This document shows, piece after piece, positions 11,922 through 25,309 of a stretch of DNA of 64,000 bases. The notes beneath the pieces are model-generated. The model was not told the origin of the DNA and did not search any database. It saw nothing but the letters and a program-made list of their open reading frames with translations. This stretch comes from Pocillopora damicornis (Eukaryota). Position 1 is the stretch's first letter. Each line of letters starts with the position of its first letter. The position numbers and the translations under genes were made by a program. The DNA lies in the NCBI RefSeq assembly GCF_003704095.1, contig NW_020844730.1:1-64000 (forward strand), given 5' to 3'.

Positions 11922-13926
11922 ATTGGAAACCCTATATTCCATCACATAAAAACTGTATTGTGTTAAAAACTGTTTTTAACACACCTTTTCAGATAAGAAT
12001 ATTACTTCCCAATCAATTCCCATCGATGTTAGTTGCTGCCTGAATATTGAAAAGTGGCATTCTACTAGAATAAAAAGTCACACTTTAGTGTAAAACCCAG
12101 TCGAATGAAGAGGCGAGAAGTGGCTGGGATTGAAACAAAGTATGCTAATTTTTGTATAGTTGTCTTTGTGAAGTAAATACAGCACTCTCGTTGAAAGATT
12201 GAGTGTGTAGCTCGCTAGTATGACTAGTGATGGCAACATTTACCAACCGACTCCCATTTACAAAATCAGTAAACAATTTGGCCAAAAAATTGAGGAAAGA
12301 GAAGAGCTACATGTTGAACAAAAAAAGCATACGTAAGTTCAGAGTCATGCGGTGCAATTTACTAAGGTGTTGATATACATATCTCTACAAGAAATAAAAA
12401 TGAGCCACGAATTGTGAGGCACTTTCGTTTTACGCGTATTTGTTCAGATGCAACACAACTTGTGGCCACATGCATCGATCAAAACTCATTTATTCCTTCA
12501 GAGTGTATGCACTGGGCCCTTAGCGTAGCTCTTATAAATACCTCTGTAAAAGCGAAAAAAAAAGGGCGTAAAAAGAGCTTTCTCGCTATTAACTTACTCT
12601 AAAACAGTTGTGAAAGGTAAAACTATCGCCGCGCGTGATTTCTTACCGTTGCTGAATAGAATCTGTTCAACTTCCGCGTACATAACTTAAAATTACCCAT
12701 AAATAGAGGCTCGATTGTTCGAAATATAGCGATAGAGAACTTGATCGATCACTAAATGGAGTGTTCAAATCAGTTTTGATGCGTTCCAAGCCGTATAATT
12801 ACGTAAAGTTCGAAATCCAAGATGGCGGACAATTAACATATTTGCAGATTTCCACACTTCACACCACCAAGTTAAGATAAATATGAGAAAAATTTGCATA
12901 TTTACAGATCTCTATATCCCCAAACTTCGAGACTTCCACACTTCTACGCTACTAGGTCAAGATAAATGTGAGTAAGGTAAAGCTCATTTGCATATTGCCA
13001 GATTTCCACATTTCCACACTCTTACAAGTAAGTAAGTTACCAAGTAACGATACATGCAAGTAAGCTAATCATATATCACACATTTTCACGTTTCAAGGTT
13101 ACTCTAAGGTGATTAATTTTATGTGCAGCACATTCCATTGTAATAATGTGTTCTGCGCTCTTCAACCCCAAGTAAAAGCCACCAGTTCTGAGGCCGAGTA
13201 AGCATATTTGACATTACATCTTTCGGATTCGGATCATGAAAAGGACAATGACTTTGAAATTGAGTGAACTTTATTCATGCCGGAAATCGCCGTCGGCACA
13301 TCACGAATGAATGCTTTAGATTAATTCATGATTGATTTCTCTCGAAATATTGCTACGTTCTATACACCATTTAAACACTGAGCTTTATAAATCTGTCGGG
13401 CGCGGTTGCGTGAATCGATAAGAAATCGCGCCCAACTGCATCTCAGACAAGCTCCCCATCGGTTAGTTTGTATCAATGTTTTCATTTCTCTCAAACCGTA
13501 TGGCTATTGTAAACATTCATCCACTATTCATTCTCAACCAAATTATAAGAATCTGTCTCTTGGTCGAGGGTCGAGTTAAAAAGTTTCACAGCTACCAAAG
13601 CATAGAAGTCCGAAATTGACGGCATTGAGTTTCAAAATTAAGAAATTATGAAGACCGAGCCGGCTTTCTGTCTTCTGGACAATGTGTGAGGTTGCGCCAT
13701 TGCCGCTTGATCGCTAACCCGGGAGGTAAATTACCCGAATCAGCCATTGGAAGATAATCAGTTCTGCTAATTAAACCCTCTCGAGAAATATCTTCCACGC
13801 ACCCTAACTTGTGGAGTACAGGGGAAGAAAATACTCAGGCTTCAAGAGTAATGCTCAGAGGTTGCGCTTTCTCAGCTTTTCTTTAATCTTCTTAAACATC
13901 ACACATCAAATTTCACCACAGAACCA

Positions 13927-14076
13927 CTAGATCCAGTTGTTCAAGGGCGGATAACGCTACCCAACGGATGAATGACTATTCAGCGGATAAGTGATGGCAA
14001 AACGTACTACGTTATCCAACGGATTGAGATTTATCCAGTGGATAGCGTTATCTGACCTTCGAACAACCAGGGCCAG
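13927..14076. mobile_element. MITE with terminal inverted repeats
   Basis: CTAGATCCAGTTGTTCAAGGGCGGATAACGCTA ... TAGCGTTATCTGACCTTCGAACAACCAGGGCCAG, with internal palindromic GGATA/TATCC motifs. Confidence 0.8.
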
Positions 14077-15319
14077 ATGTTTTCAAAATAGTCGCGCTGT
14101 GGAACACGCACTAAAATTAGTTCTAAAAAAATGAGTAAGTATCGGAGGATAAGCTCTCTCAGTTGATATTCATTGCCTTAAGCTTATATACAAATCGATA
14201 CAAAGTAAAACGTGTGAAAAAGGCAATAATGTGGAGAAGTTTGTAAAGCGGATATATATATCCGAGCATAGTTTCTAGAAACGGAGTCTGTTATTTATGC
14301 GAATACCATGTTCAAAAGTTCTGTGTTTCATTAAGTTAACTACGTTTCTGTCATCATCTACCTATCTATATGAGGCTCGATCTTTCACGGTGTGCTTCCG
14401 ACGCACATGACAATCTTCTTCAGTCTTCTCTGGCAGGAAAATATAACTTTACAGCAACTTAATGAGAATTGCTTCTCAACATTATGAGGGATTCTTGGCA
14501 ACTTAAACGAGTCTTTGTTGAAAGATGAAAGCCAATTACTTAACAAAACCGCATAGAACTACAAGACGGCCATGGGGCCTGTAGATTCCAGGTTAGTGTT
14601 CAAGTCCCAGTATTCTTCGCTATTCTGGTAAAATATATGTTTGATCAGATGAATCAGTCAAAACAGGAGTTTTTGGATGTATCCCGAAACAATGTTAATC
14701 GAATGAAGCCACATCTAAATCGCGGGATAAATGCTGATTGCTCTTGCACAGAGGTCATGCCAGTCACATGTACTTACCGGCAAGTCACTCTTGAAAATGT
14801 TTAAATTGAGTAGTCACAAAGTTGACATTTTATTAGTATAATTAATTATTCATTGCTTGGAATCTTATCGAAGTGGAAACAAAACAGATCGTGAAATAAG
14901 GAACTTCTCAGAGACGTTTCTCACTGACTTTGATGTGACATTACCTTTTTTACACGAATTCCTGGAACCAATGTTACAGTCCCATTAGGACTTCTGGTAA
15001 GTTGGCCAAGAGGAATTATCCAGTCTGTTTACTTTTCTCTTTGGCTTTAAACATTACATAATTCAGTTAAAACAACCGCCGTAGGGTGGAGTGTACTAAA
15101 AGTTGTTGCATTCAGACAATCACAATTTAAAGCTATTTCAAAGGCTCATTCGTTCTCCTTTTCCTTTGAGCAGATTGAGTTTCTAAGCTAACTCGTGAGA
15201 GATCTAATCGTTGGACTTTTTATTGGATACCACAGTTGCTAACTTTACTTCGGAGACGTTTTGATGGTACCCTAAATTTGATATGTTTTTTGTTTCTTTC
15301 TGTAGTCGTCTCATCTGCA

Positions 15320-17222
15320 ATGAAGGCAAATATCATCCTATTCACTGTAGGGATAATTTTATCTTTGTCCCAAACAACAGGTTTGAACTCCATCATGTGT
15401 AATGTAACCTGCTTTGTGTCAACAAGGCCCAGTGAAATATCAATACTATTTTAAATCAAAACAAACACAACTTCTCCTGTTTGAGAGAATATTATAGTAG
15501 TGCCAGAAAAGCATTATGAAATCCATTAGAGGGCGAAGAAATCTTTATTATGCCGAATGAACGAAGTAATAGCTCCTTCTAAAGTTTTTCGAAAGAACTA
15601 ATTCGCTCAGCCCCTAAGCCAGAAAACATAGGTAATGGCACAGTATAACAAAATGGAACTGATAGAGCTTCCAATGTTAAGACCTAGTGTTGTAGAGGAG
15701 GATCATCAAACAAGAGTACTGGCATTGCAGTCTTGCGGTCTTGACTCGTCCTTTCATAACCATCCAAACGCTTGTTTTACTAGTTTTTCTGCTTCTCCCT
15801 TTTATTATCTGTCCTGACGAGCTACCTGCCTAAGATGCTAAACCCAGGGCGGTTGGAAAGTTTGAGTGAATTGCTTGTTTGTTTTGATTTCACTTCGATC
15901 TGAGCCTATTTCCCCATGCATGTTTCCTTTGTTCTTTTATGGAAACAGAAGACCCATTGATACAATAACAATTGTTCTTCGTATTGAAGGGAAAAGAGTA
16001 CCCAGAATGTAATGAAAAGCTAAAGAACACGTTCTTGTACAAATGGAAAATGAGCATGAAACAATTTTAACTGAGTTTTGAAACTCAAAATCTTGTCGTT
16101 TCAGATACCACCCACCACGGAAAACATTTTTCAGTTCACCATCAACCAAAAGTTAACATTCCCCAAAAAGCCAAACACAGATTTCTCGAAATGAAAAAGC
16201 AGCCACTTGATGAGAAAACCGCTTATCGAAAGCAACTAAGATACCAGGAGGCCAATAGTGCTATGATAAAAACCAGGCTGGATGATAGCCTAGGAAGAAT
16301 ACCCTGGAGTAATAACCATGAAAACGTTGCATCCTATGTTGACGGAACAGGAGGTGTATCACAACAGAGGCTTTTAGCAATCATGAACCAGTTAACCAAT
16401 GATATCAGAGTAAATGGACGGAGAATCACTCCTCTTCAAACGCAAATGGTACAACAAACTAATGATGGCGACATCAATCCGACATCACCAGCGAGTAATA
16501 TGCAGGACGAGATGCAACCCGATATGCAAACTAGCATGCAAGATGATATGCAGAGTAACACCAATGACATGGGAAATAATGAAGTTAAACCTATACAGAT
16601 ACCAATCAATCAGAAGGGAGGTGATGGTGCACCTGATGCCAATGGACCTGGTGATGGTGCTAATGGACCTGGAATGTTTGAGCGGTTGATGTTTGGCGGA
16701 CTTTCCCAGATAGTAGGAGGAGGAAAAGGGAGTAGCAGTTACTCTGAAACTGGTGGTGGAATGACCAACGTTCCTGGGTTATCATATGGTGGATCAAATA
16801 ATAATGGTGTTATCAACCTTATGGAAAGCGAACATGGATTAAAGCCAATGCGGGGAATGAATGGCATGGGGAGCATAAATGGAATGAACGGGATGATGAC
16901 TGGAATGCATGGGATGATGAACGGAATGGGTATGATGATGCCTGGAACGGGAAGAATGAAAGGCAATTCGTATTTCTCCAGAAGAGGAGAGACCGCGTCA
17001 GCGAGAAAGAAACCGCGATCAAAGCATAAGGAATTTCTTCGAAAGGCCGTGAAGGTAGCTTCGCTATCAAAAGCAGATGAAAGAAAAAACCTCCAAAGGA
17101 TTCCCACAGTTACCATACACCCGAAGGCCAACATTCTGAAGAATAAGCCATACGTTATACCACTAATCCCTAACGATAAAACAACTGACAAGAAACCCAC
17201 AAGACCTCCGCATGGTGCTTAA
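15320..17222 (+). CDS. Cluster gene 1: secreted Gly/Met/Asn-rich low-complexity protein (~392 aa)
   Basis: Exons 15320-15380 (MKANIILFTVGIILSLSQTT, CAG|GTTTG, phase 1) and 16105-17222 (GTTTCAG|), joining in frame with the ORF at 16191. MQxx tetrads, (GMN)n tract and basic C-terminus. Confidence 0.85.
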
Positions 17223-18940
17223 AAATTGTTTAGAAGAATTTCAATGACTGAAAGGAACGAGACAATTGAGATATATTTCATCGCATACATTGGCGGGTAT
17301 TAATGGTGAATTTCTTAAATTGAATGAAAAAAGCATCAATAAAATGTTTGGAACACTGCAAACCATAGCAGTTATTAAGGTTTATCAAATTTTGTGACGC
17401 CTTAACGTTTAGCAGACATTGGGGAATGCGTTGATTCAGCCTAAGCGCAATGCTCCCTTCTCTATAGTCCAGAAGAAAAACTATTTTGTTCGTGACCACT
17501 TGTACAGGCAATTTTTTAAGAGGGGAAAAGTCTTTTAAATTTTACAGATGGTATGACAGATTCACTTCTAAATGGGAGGAGAGAAAGCTGTTGCATACCG
17601 AGGGGGAGAGAGAGGCTGAAGAATTTGAGAATGCCTTTAAAAGGAGGGCTCGTTTGACTTAATTCTCATTCGAAAACCATAAAATTTTATTTGAAAGATG
17701 ACATGATTTTAACAATTCCGCAAAAAAAAATTTTGGGTGGGTGTCCCCTATGAAAGGAAAATTCTTGTATATTTTTCATATTTGGACGGTTATCTATCTC
17801 TCTTTATAGTGGTAATCTCTCTTTGAAGTGAAATTGTAAGACAACTGCGATGGAGGAAATTTTCGATTGAATAAGGAGATGATGCATCCCATCGAAAAGG
17901 TCCTAACAACGTTGGAAGCCGTCAATTTTTTGCAGTTCATAATTTTTTCAGCCGTCAAAGATCACTTAAAAAAATAATTCCCAACACGTTTTCTAATCCA
18001 CCACAGTTTCCTTTAAAATTATGAAATACTTAAGGGCAAAATTGACCCCTTCCTTTATATTATGATATACCTGTAATGTATTGTTGGTTATTTACCACAG
18101 CACCATTCCATCGTTGTATGTTAACACTTACCCTTGTTAAAGTCTTTTTAAAGATGTCATATGGTATAATAGGTTTTCTTTGTTCTTTTTGGTGACAGAG
18201 ATATTGTAGCTTATTAAATATTTAGTTTGACATTGCGAACGAGGGAAGTTTTCCAAAATGGAGAATGAAGTCATTTCGCTAACATCTTGAATGGCAAGCG
18301 AGTCTTCTTGTTCAGTTTCGCTGACGTTTAAACGGTTGAAATGTCGAAAGGAAGATAATTTTATTTAAGCTTAAAACGGTTGTCCAGGCGTAACTGTGGG
18401 AAAAGGTAAGAAATCACCATTAACATTATTTAACACATAATCTTACCAGTGGTTCTTTTGTTAGATCTTCTTTACTGATTAGAAAAAAACAATAATTAAC
18501 ATGGATTAAATCAATGCTAAGTCACTGAATAAAGTGTTGACATAGATAGCAATGTAGACTAAGTTTACGAGGAGTTCTTGATATGATACAGCGAAGCAGA
18601 TAGATCCGAAGTATCTCTGATTTGGTTGAGTAATTTTCGACCACTGAGCAACAATATGACCGATCCTCAACCACTTTTGCTTGTTTGCTCGATCGATCTT
18701 GAAAAATTACCTTTAAAGTGGTCCTTAAAGAAACACCTGCTGAGAATTTACTTGGCCCCATTGCTGAACAGACATAAACTATGCACAGTTAGATTAATTG
18801 GCCGACGATTATGTTAAATTACAATCACAAAACAGTTTTAAAACAATTTATATCAATAGCATGATCATCTCTTCGCGACATCCTCATTTCTCTTCTTTCC
18901 TAACAGCTCACGAATACTACGATGATACTTTAAATGAACG

Positions 18941-21088
18941 ATGACAGGCTACAAATTTGGCTTCCTCCTAACTGCGTTATTATACTTTTTTGCTGGAGCC
19001 TCCATCACAACAGGTACCTTCTAAAAACCTAAAAACCCAGAACCTGTATGTTAAAATTTTCGCACAACTGCAAAATTTTTGCTCTATTATCTAAATGAAT
19101 CAAGTCATGTCTTGGTTTAAGGTAAAAATGATAATTCAACAACAGCAGTGGCTCGACAATTCATTCTTCCACCAAGGATCCATCAGATCAGTCCGTTTGC
19201 CGGCACCATATCAGCTACTGATCCCTCAGTTCTGGCCTTCCATGGGATTCCGGAGACAAGTTCTGAGATACCTTCACAGCAGATTGAGAATCAAATTGCA
19301 CATTTGAACGAACTTACACAACAGCTTCGTGGTATGCCACAGTCTCCTTCCATTACACAAGTAGGCAAAGGCCTACCGATACCGCTTTCTAGGTATGCTG
19401 CGCAGATAGAGAAAGGAGCATCTGAAAATGGTGTTAGCCGTCCATTAGGAGTTGAGCCAAGCTATTTTAGAAATATAGCGGGAAACCCATTGACTGGACC
19501 CAATGGATTAACAAAAGAAGTCCTTTCAGATCTGATGTTTGGAAATCTTAAAAGCCTAGCATCGGTGGGAGGATTAACAACTGCTAATAGTCCTGCGGAA
19601 GACAATGGATTGTCGCCTCAAATGACTGGAAACTCTGAATTGAGTGGATTTAACAGTCCCTTGCTTGAAGAAAAGTTGGCAAAATCACAATCTGGAAAAT
19701 CAGGCCTTGGTCTACCCCTCCCGCCAAATGAAAGTATGGATTTTAATGACCTACCGAACAGTGATCTCGACAATATAAACAAGGCCCCATATCTCCAATC
19801 GAGACATCACGCCAAAAGCAAAAGGAAAAAGAAAGATAATAAGTCTGATGTTGTCACAAAATTGCTACTCTCTTTATTGGTTGACAAATTAAAAGACATA
19901 TATGAAATTGATAAAATGAACAGCTCACAGCGTAAGACGTTGAAACTGGATTCGTCGACGGTAGGAAAAATCGAGAACACTCTGAAGGAACACGGCCATC
20001 CGTCTGACCACAACAAACTTAGTTCTGGAAAAGATGTAAATAAGGAGGCCAAAACATCTGAAAACTTCGAAACTAATCTCTCGTTCCCACTAACCTTCTC
20101 TGATACTAAAGGGACTCAGTTATCACTTGTAGATTCCCCGAAGAATGACAAAGATGACAGTTCTTTACTTGATGTCGACACGAAAAACATCGAGAATATT
20201 ATCAAAGGTATTGAAAATGGGGGTGAAAAGTCTAATGAAACCGAAAGCATCAGAATTGATTCGGGTAACAGTCCTCAAGAAATCTCCCAAAAGACAACTA
20301 AAACTCTTTCACCAGACATAAATCACCTTCAAACGGGATCTACGTCCGAGTTTCATCGTGTTAAAATGGAACCTATAGGTGAACTTGGAAAAACTGCGAA
20401 CATACCGAGTATTTCTGATTATCACCCAACTTTAGAGGTTTCCGAGGCAAACCCTCCGTCTGAACAAATGTTTGAAGTACATACTGACAAAGCAACAATA
20501 TCAACGTTACCTACGTTTTCCATCTCCAGTCTATTAAATCAGGAAATACCTGGAACTGTCAAAGGAAGTAACCGAGTCTTAAATGTGGTAAAGGAAAACG
20601 AGTCCGGGAGTCTTACTGGTTCTAACTCAGCAACAGTGCCTGTCACTACTACAGAAACTGAAGAACATAAAGGTATAACTACAAGTGCCAGTGAAAATGA
20701 CGCCGCTAATTACCTTGAGGCTTCTAGAGTTCTGGGTGCTGTTTTCAATAAAGTGAAGGATCCTCTGGCTAGGAAAAGCGTTGAAGTCGCTATCAAAGCA
20801 ATGTTGAAATTAATGAAGTCAGAAAACAGCTATTCTAAAAAGGAATCAGTTCCATCGTCCAAAAGCTCGTCAATACTTCAGGAAAAAGTAAAAAAACTGA
20901 TGAAAACTATCCATGAACTTTCTAAAATGGTTCATGTTGAAGATGGTTCTCCGCATGGAAAGCACAAAAAGTACTCCCGTGTAAAGCACAAGCTTTTTCA
21001 TAAGCGATTTTCACAGAAACGAACAATCCATCACAGGACAGGGTTGGGAATGCACCATCTTAAGAGAAAACATCAATGGAATAATTAA
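18941..21088 (+). CDS. Cluster gene 2: secreted Ser/Thr-rich disordered protein with His/Lys tail (~679 aa)
   Basis: Exons 18941-19013 (MTGYKFGFLLTALLYFFAGASITT, CAG|GTACC, phase 1) and 19122-21088 (TTTAAG|), in frame with the 646-aa ORF. No Cys in the mature chain. Confidence 0.85.
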
Positions 21089-23305
21089 GAGTTTTGTCAC
21101 ATTAATTATACCAACTCTAGGAAATAGAGTTAATAATCCGAATACCTGATACTATAATACAAGCAAAAATGATATTTATAATAACAGTTTCGGTGACGTT
21201 TGAAATCTGATGCACTTAAGTCGAATGGAAGATAGCTATATTGCGGGACCCCAGACCAATAATTTTCTGGTTCTTTGCCACCTTAGTACTTCTTTTAGGA
21301 TTCATTTGGACCTTAATAAAGATAACTTACCAAGCTAAACGAAACTCATGTTATAAGTAGCTCTGAAATTCGTTTACTCTTATTAAATTATAGAATTACG
21401 GGCAACCATTCTATCAAAGTACAGTTAGATGTGGAGGGTTGTGTTTCTTTGAATTTGGTTTGAGTACTAAATTGTAAAGAGGCATAGTTTTCTCATTTAC
21501 GAGTTATCAGGCTTCTCACCTAGGAGCAGATCGGCAAAAACCTAGCTCTAACGGCTATCATAAATCATGATTGTTCCTTGATTCCAGCTGTCACTCACTG
21601 CACAGAAGCATTTAGGATTGTTAGTTAGGATTGTAGAGGTAAGAACGAGAAATGGAAAACCTCAAAAAACCTGGCCAGTTAGCTCTGGCATACCCTAAGA
21701 TCAGATGTTCGTTTTACGGCGGAGCACAATAGAAGAAGGCAGAGAGGGAGAAGAAAAAGAAAGACGTGTGGAACTGCGAGGGTCGACGGTTGAGCCCCAC
21801 CCGCCAACTATTGCGCTGCTACAGTATTGTGTTTCTATGCATATGATATAGTCAAAGTTTCGGTCAACAGCCGAATTCTTTAGTTTTGGTTGCACTGTTA
21901 CAATTTAAGCCATCATCTTTGACATAACCACACACCCTGCCCACAAACGAAAAGGAAAAATAAGGTTGTAAGATGTGACTTAAGTTAACAATTAGTAACG
22001 TTAGGATTAAATAATGTCGCGTTCCAGGGAAAAAAGGTTTCTTCCTTCAAATGCACCTCTTCCCTAGCGGTATAAGTGATTTAAGGAAACCGTAAGGGAA
22101 AGACAATGCATTACTGCGAGGCAACGGCCTAACGACGATAATGAACAGAAACATTCCTTCAACGTAGCCTCTTGCTACAGAGACCTGAGCGAACTCTGGC
22201 AATACAGGTGGGATAAAACTAGTCTAAACAACCCTTCTAGTTGACTAAAATTTTACTAAACAATTTTTGATTAAATTTCAGACAACGCAATATGTTACTG
22301 TATATCTACCATACGAATAAGGAAAAAGGAAGAAAGCTCATTCTCCTTTCGTGTTTTCGCTTCGCTTCACCTTTATTACAGAAACCGATGAAGCAGGTTG
22401 CTCATCGAAGCGTCTAGTATGCAATTTCAATGTTTTGCTTGAGTTGATACCAACTTGAGCCAAATTTATTAGTAAGAAGCGCCAATGAGGGAAAATCTTT
22501 TTTCTTAACATATTCTCATAGATGTTGGTCTCTCGAGAAAGATGATAATTTTAACGCTGAATGCTCTGTTTTACCGTCTAGTAAGTTTCTTTTGAGTAAA
22601 ACTCGAGCTCAAAGGAAGAGATTTCACCAGAATGGTCTGCTTTAATCGATGATACTCTGGATACAGAAAGAAAACAAATATCAGACAAATATTTGGCGAC
22701 ACTGAAAAGTGGAAATGACAGTTTCTAACCTCGTGAAGTAAAACCAGTGGTAGATAAGGAACTGAGCCTAATTCATGCATAAGTAATGCAGTATATCTTA
22801 CATCATTTTGGTTGAGAGGGAAAACCATCATTATTTTACGACAATAGACATTAAGATAGTTATAATCATCATGATTTGTCCTTTTGACGCTGTTTAGAAT
22901 TTCTCGGAAGGATCTCTGATGTGAGGGAAGTGGATAACATGTAGTAGGGTGTTTCACTATTCCCTGGATCGAAATTAAGGTAATATCTCCCGGATGACAT
23001 TTTCGGTAGATCGTAGAATATTTTTTAAGAAAGAGCCCGGCGTAATGCATTTTTCGTTAAAAAATTCACGACTTCTCCATTGAACTTATCCGTAACATTT
23101 AATGAAATAGTAGGTTTCCTTTGCTATTTAAACGAAACTTTATAATCTTAATCACCTTTTTGGACAAATATAACGGTAAACTTTTTCTGATTGACCGAAC
23201 GTATTAACGAGATATATTGTAGAGCTCCTTTAACTACTTCTGTTAATAAACAAAACAACAATTGCTAATTTGCATTTCATTTTATTTTTGCAGTCAACTA
23301 TTACG

Positions 23306-25309
23306 ATGAGGGTGATTTTGACAGCGGTCGTTTTGATTGGGGTTTATTGTGAGCTCTCGAATGGTAATATTCTGCTGTTTGTCTGTGCTATCTTGCAAGT
23401 ACTGATAATACTTAAACGTACATTAATGCAAGTTAATCACTGTTACTTTGCAGGACTTCATAAGGATAAGAAAGGAAAGGGGGACAAGCTCGTTAGTTTT
23501 TTTCGGGACAACAATGGGAGCGTACTTTTGCAGGAAAGTTCTGATGCAAACAGAGATGGGGGGAGACTCCACATGTCACATGTGATTAATTCTACAAAAG
23601 AGAAGGGAAAATCTGAGGGTAGAAAATTGTCAACAACCAAGAGCCTCACGGGAGAGGAGGAAACTAAGCAAGGATACAATAATCATTTGCCAGTTATAAA
23701 AAAAGTTGTCGGAAAGAAGGAAAATAAAACTGGAAATGAGATTAATGACACCAGCTCTAAGCCTAAAGAACAAAAAACCCATTATTATGACAGTAGCCAA
23801 GATAAAAAGAAACAAAAAGCTAAATTTCGCCAGCTTCTATGTGCGCTTTTTAATGTTTCAAATGAAAGTGAGGCTTGTAAAGACAAGCACCATTCTAAGA
23901 AGGCAATGATATGGCCAACGAGAATGATACCGTGGTTAAAGAGAGTACTTCTGAGTAAGCTGAGTCGAGGATCATACAATCAAATGCCCTTTCTAGATGA
24001 CACGAACAGTCCTAGCGAGTCACCTTTTGGAGGAGGTATTCAGAATGGCTTATCCGACAACTGGGATAATGATCCACTTCTGAATATACGTAGAAAGCAA
24101 CATCATGGTTTGAAAATGGTTCCCTTGCTGAAGTCGTTAAAGGCAAAGCTGTATGGCCATGGAACGCCTGGTAATTTTGGTAGCCTCAACGAGGCATTGA
24201 ATGGTGAAGGACTTAATGGATTTGGCCCAATGCCAACCCAAGGCAGCTCGAAGCTGATTCATCAAATACTTGGCCAGGCTATTGGAAGTTCCGACAGGAA
24301 TTCTGTTTTAAACGAGATGATGCAAGAGTTTCTTCTTGCCAACAACCGGGAAGAGACGGAAGGCAATGAAGCATTTTCAGACTTGGCCGATAGAAATAGC
24401 TTCTCGCAACTTAATAACGGTCTTCAGAGCTCTTCACTTCTTCCAGAGCCCAGCTTACAGCTACAAGGCAACACGAGAACACCTTTGACGTCGGAGCAAC
24501 CTATTCATGCCCAAATGTTGGACAATGGTGCTCTTGCACCGATGTCCAATCAACCAATTGGTAATTCTCCTTTGAAAGATGCATCTTTCCTAGGAGGTCG
24601 TTCTCCTATAGGAAGATCTCCTATGGTTGGAAACCACTTGACATTTCCCTCGATGATCAGGCCACTGGGCCCTCCAACATCAAGAAGTTCTGAATTTCAG
24701 AGTTCTGTGTTGGAAGCTCCTCAGAGAGAAGGTTCTCTCCTTCAAAGAGCCGGTGGATTCGACACTCCAATATCGTCTTCAGTGCTACAACGCACTTCAA
24801 ACCCCACTCAGCGTATGTATATGGAAAATGAAAGGGAAGAGCAAGGTATTTCTAGTCAGGGAGATGATTTTGTAGAACGGAATGAAGCCAATGAAAGGCA
24901 TTTACCATTGCGTCAATCAGTGGGTAATAATTTGGTAATGGAAGAAATAAGCGACAATCAGGCGAGAGGAGGAAATCTTCCAATGCAAACAAACCCAGAT
25001 TTAGATCGTATGTTGAAGCTTCAATCTACTTTTAGGTCACCAGAAAGTTCTTCCATGTCAAGGGTTGCTCGACTTGAACTCGATTCAAATCTTGAACATG
25101 GGTTACAGCTACCGGTTGGCTCCATGGGTATGCCCTCTATCTTATCTAAGGACGAAGATTCCATAAACTTTAACGATTTAAATAATGATCGATCCCTTGC
25201 ATTTAGAAGAGGAAAAGTTTTAAAAGGAGGGAAAAATTTGGTCCCCTCATCAAAGAAAGCGCAAATGTCACAAAACAATAAACCTAATATCAAGAAGAGC
25301 AGGGGATAA
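23306..25309 (+). CDS. Cluster gene 3: secreted disordered protein (~637 aa)
   Basis: Exons 23306-23363 (MRVILTAVVLIGVYCELSN, G|GTAAT, phase 1) and 23454-25309 (TTTGCAG|). The 90-nt intron is stop-free, so the ORF track reads through it. Confidence 0.85.
   Translation: MRVILTAVVLIGVYCELSNGNILLFVCAILQVLIILKRTLMQVNHCYFAGLHKDKKGKGDKLVSFFRDNNGSVLLQESSDANRDGGRLHMSHVINSTKEKGKSEGRKLSTTKSLTGEEETKQGYNNHLPVIKKVVGKKENKTGNEINDTSSKPKEQKTHYYDSSQDKKKQKAKFRQLLCALFNVSNESEACKDKHHSKKAMIWPTRMIPWLKRVLLSKLSRGSYNQMPFLDDTNSPSESPFGGGIQNGLSDNWDNDPLLNIRRKQHHGLKMVPLLKSLKAKLYGHGTPGNFGSLNEALNGEGLNGFGPMPTQGSSKLIHQILGQAIGSSDRNSVLNEMMQEFLLANNREETEGNEAFSDLADRNSFSQLNNGLQSSSLLPEPSLQLQGNTRTPLTSEQPIHAQMLDNGALAPMSNQPIGNSPLKDASFLGGRSPIGRSPMVGNHLTFPSMIRPLGPPTSRSSEFQSSVLEAPQREGSLLQRAGGFDTPISSSVLQRTSNPTQRMYMENEREEQGISSQGDDFVERNEANERHLPLRQSVGNNLVMEEISDNQARGGNLPMQTNPDLDRMLKLQSTFRSPESSSMSRVARLELDSNLEHGLQLPVGSMGMPSILSKDEDSINFNDLNNDRSLAFRRGKVLKGGKNLVPSSKKAQMSQNNKPNIKKSRG

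Noticed and set aside
22571-23050. 159-aa minus-strand ORF upstream of gene 3
   Set aside because: No motif, compositional bias or splice support; probably a chance ORF.
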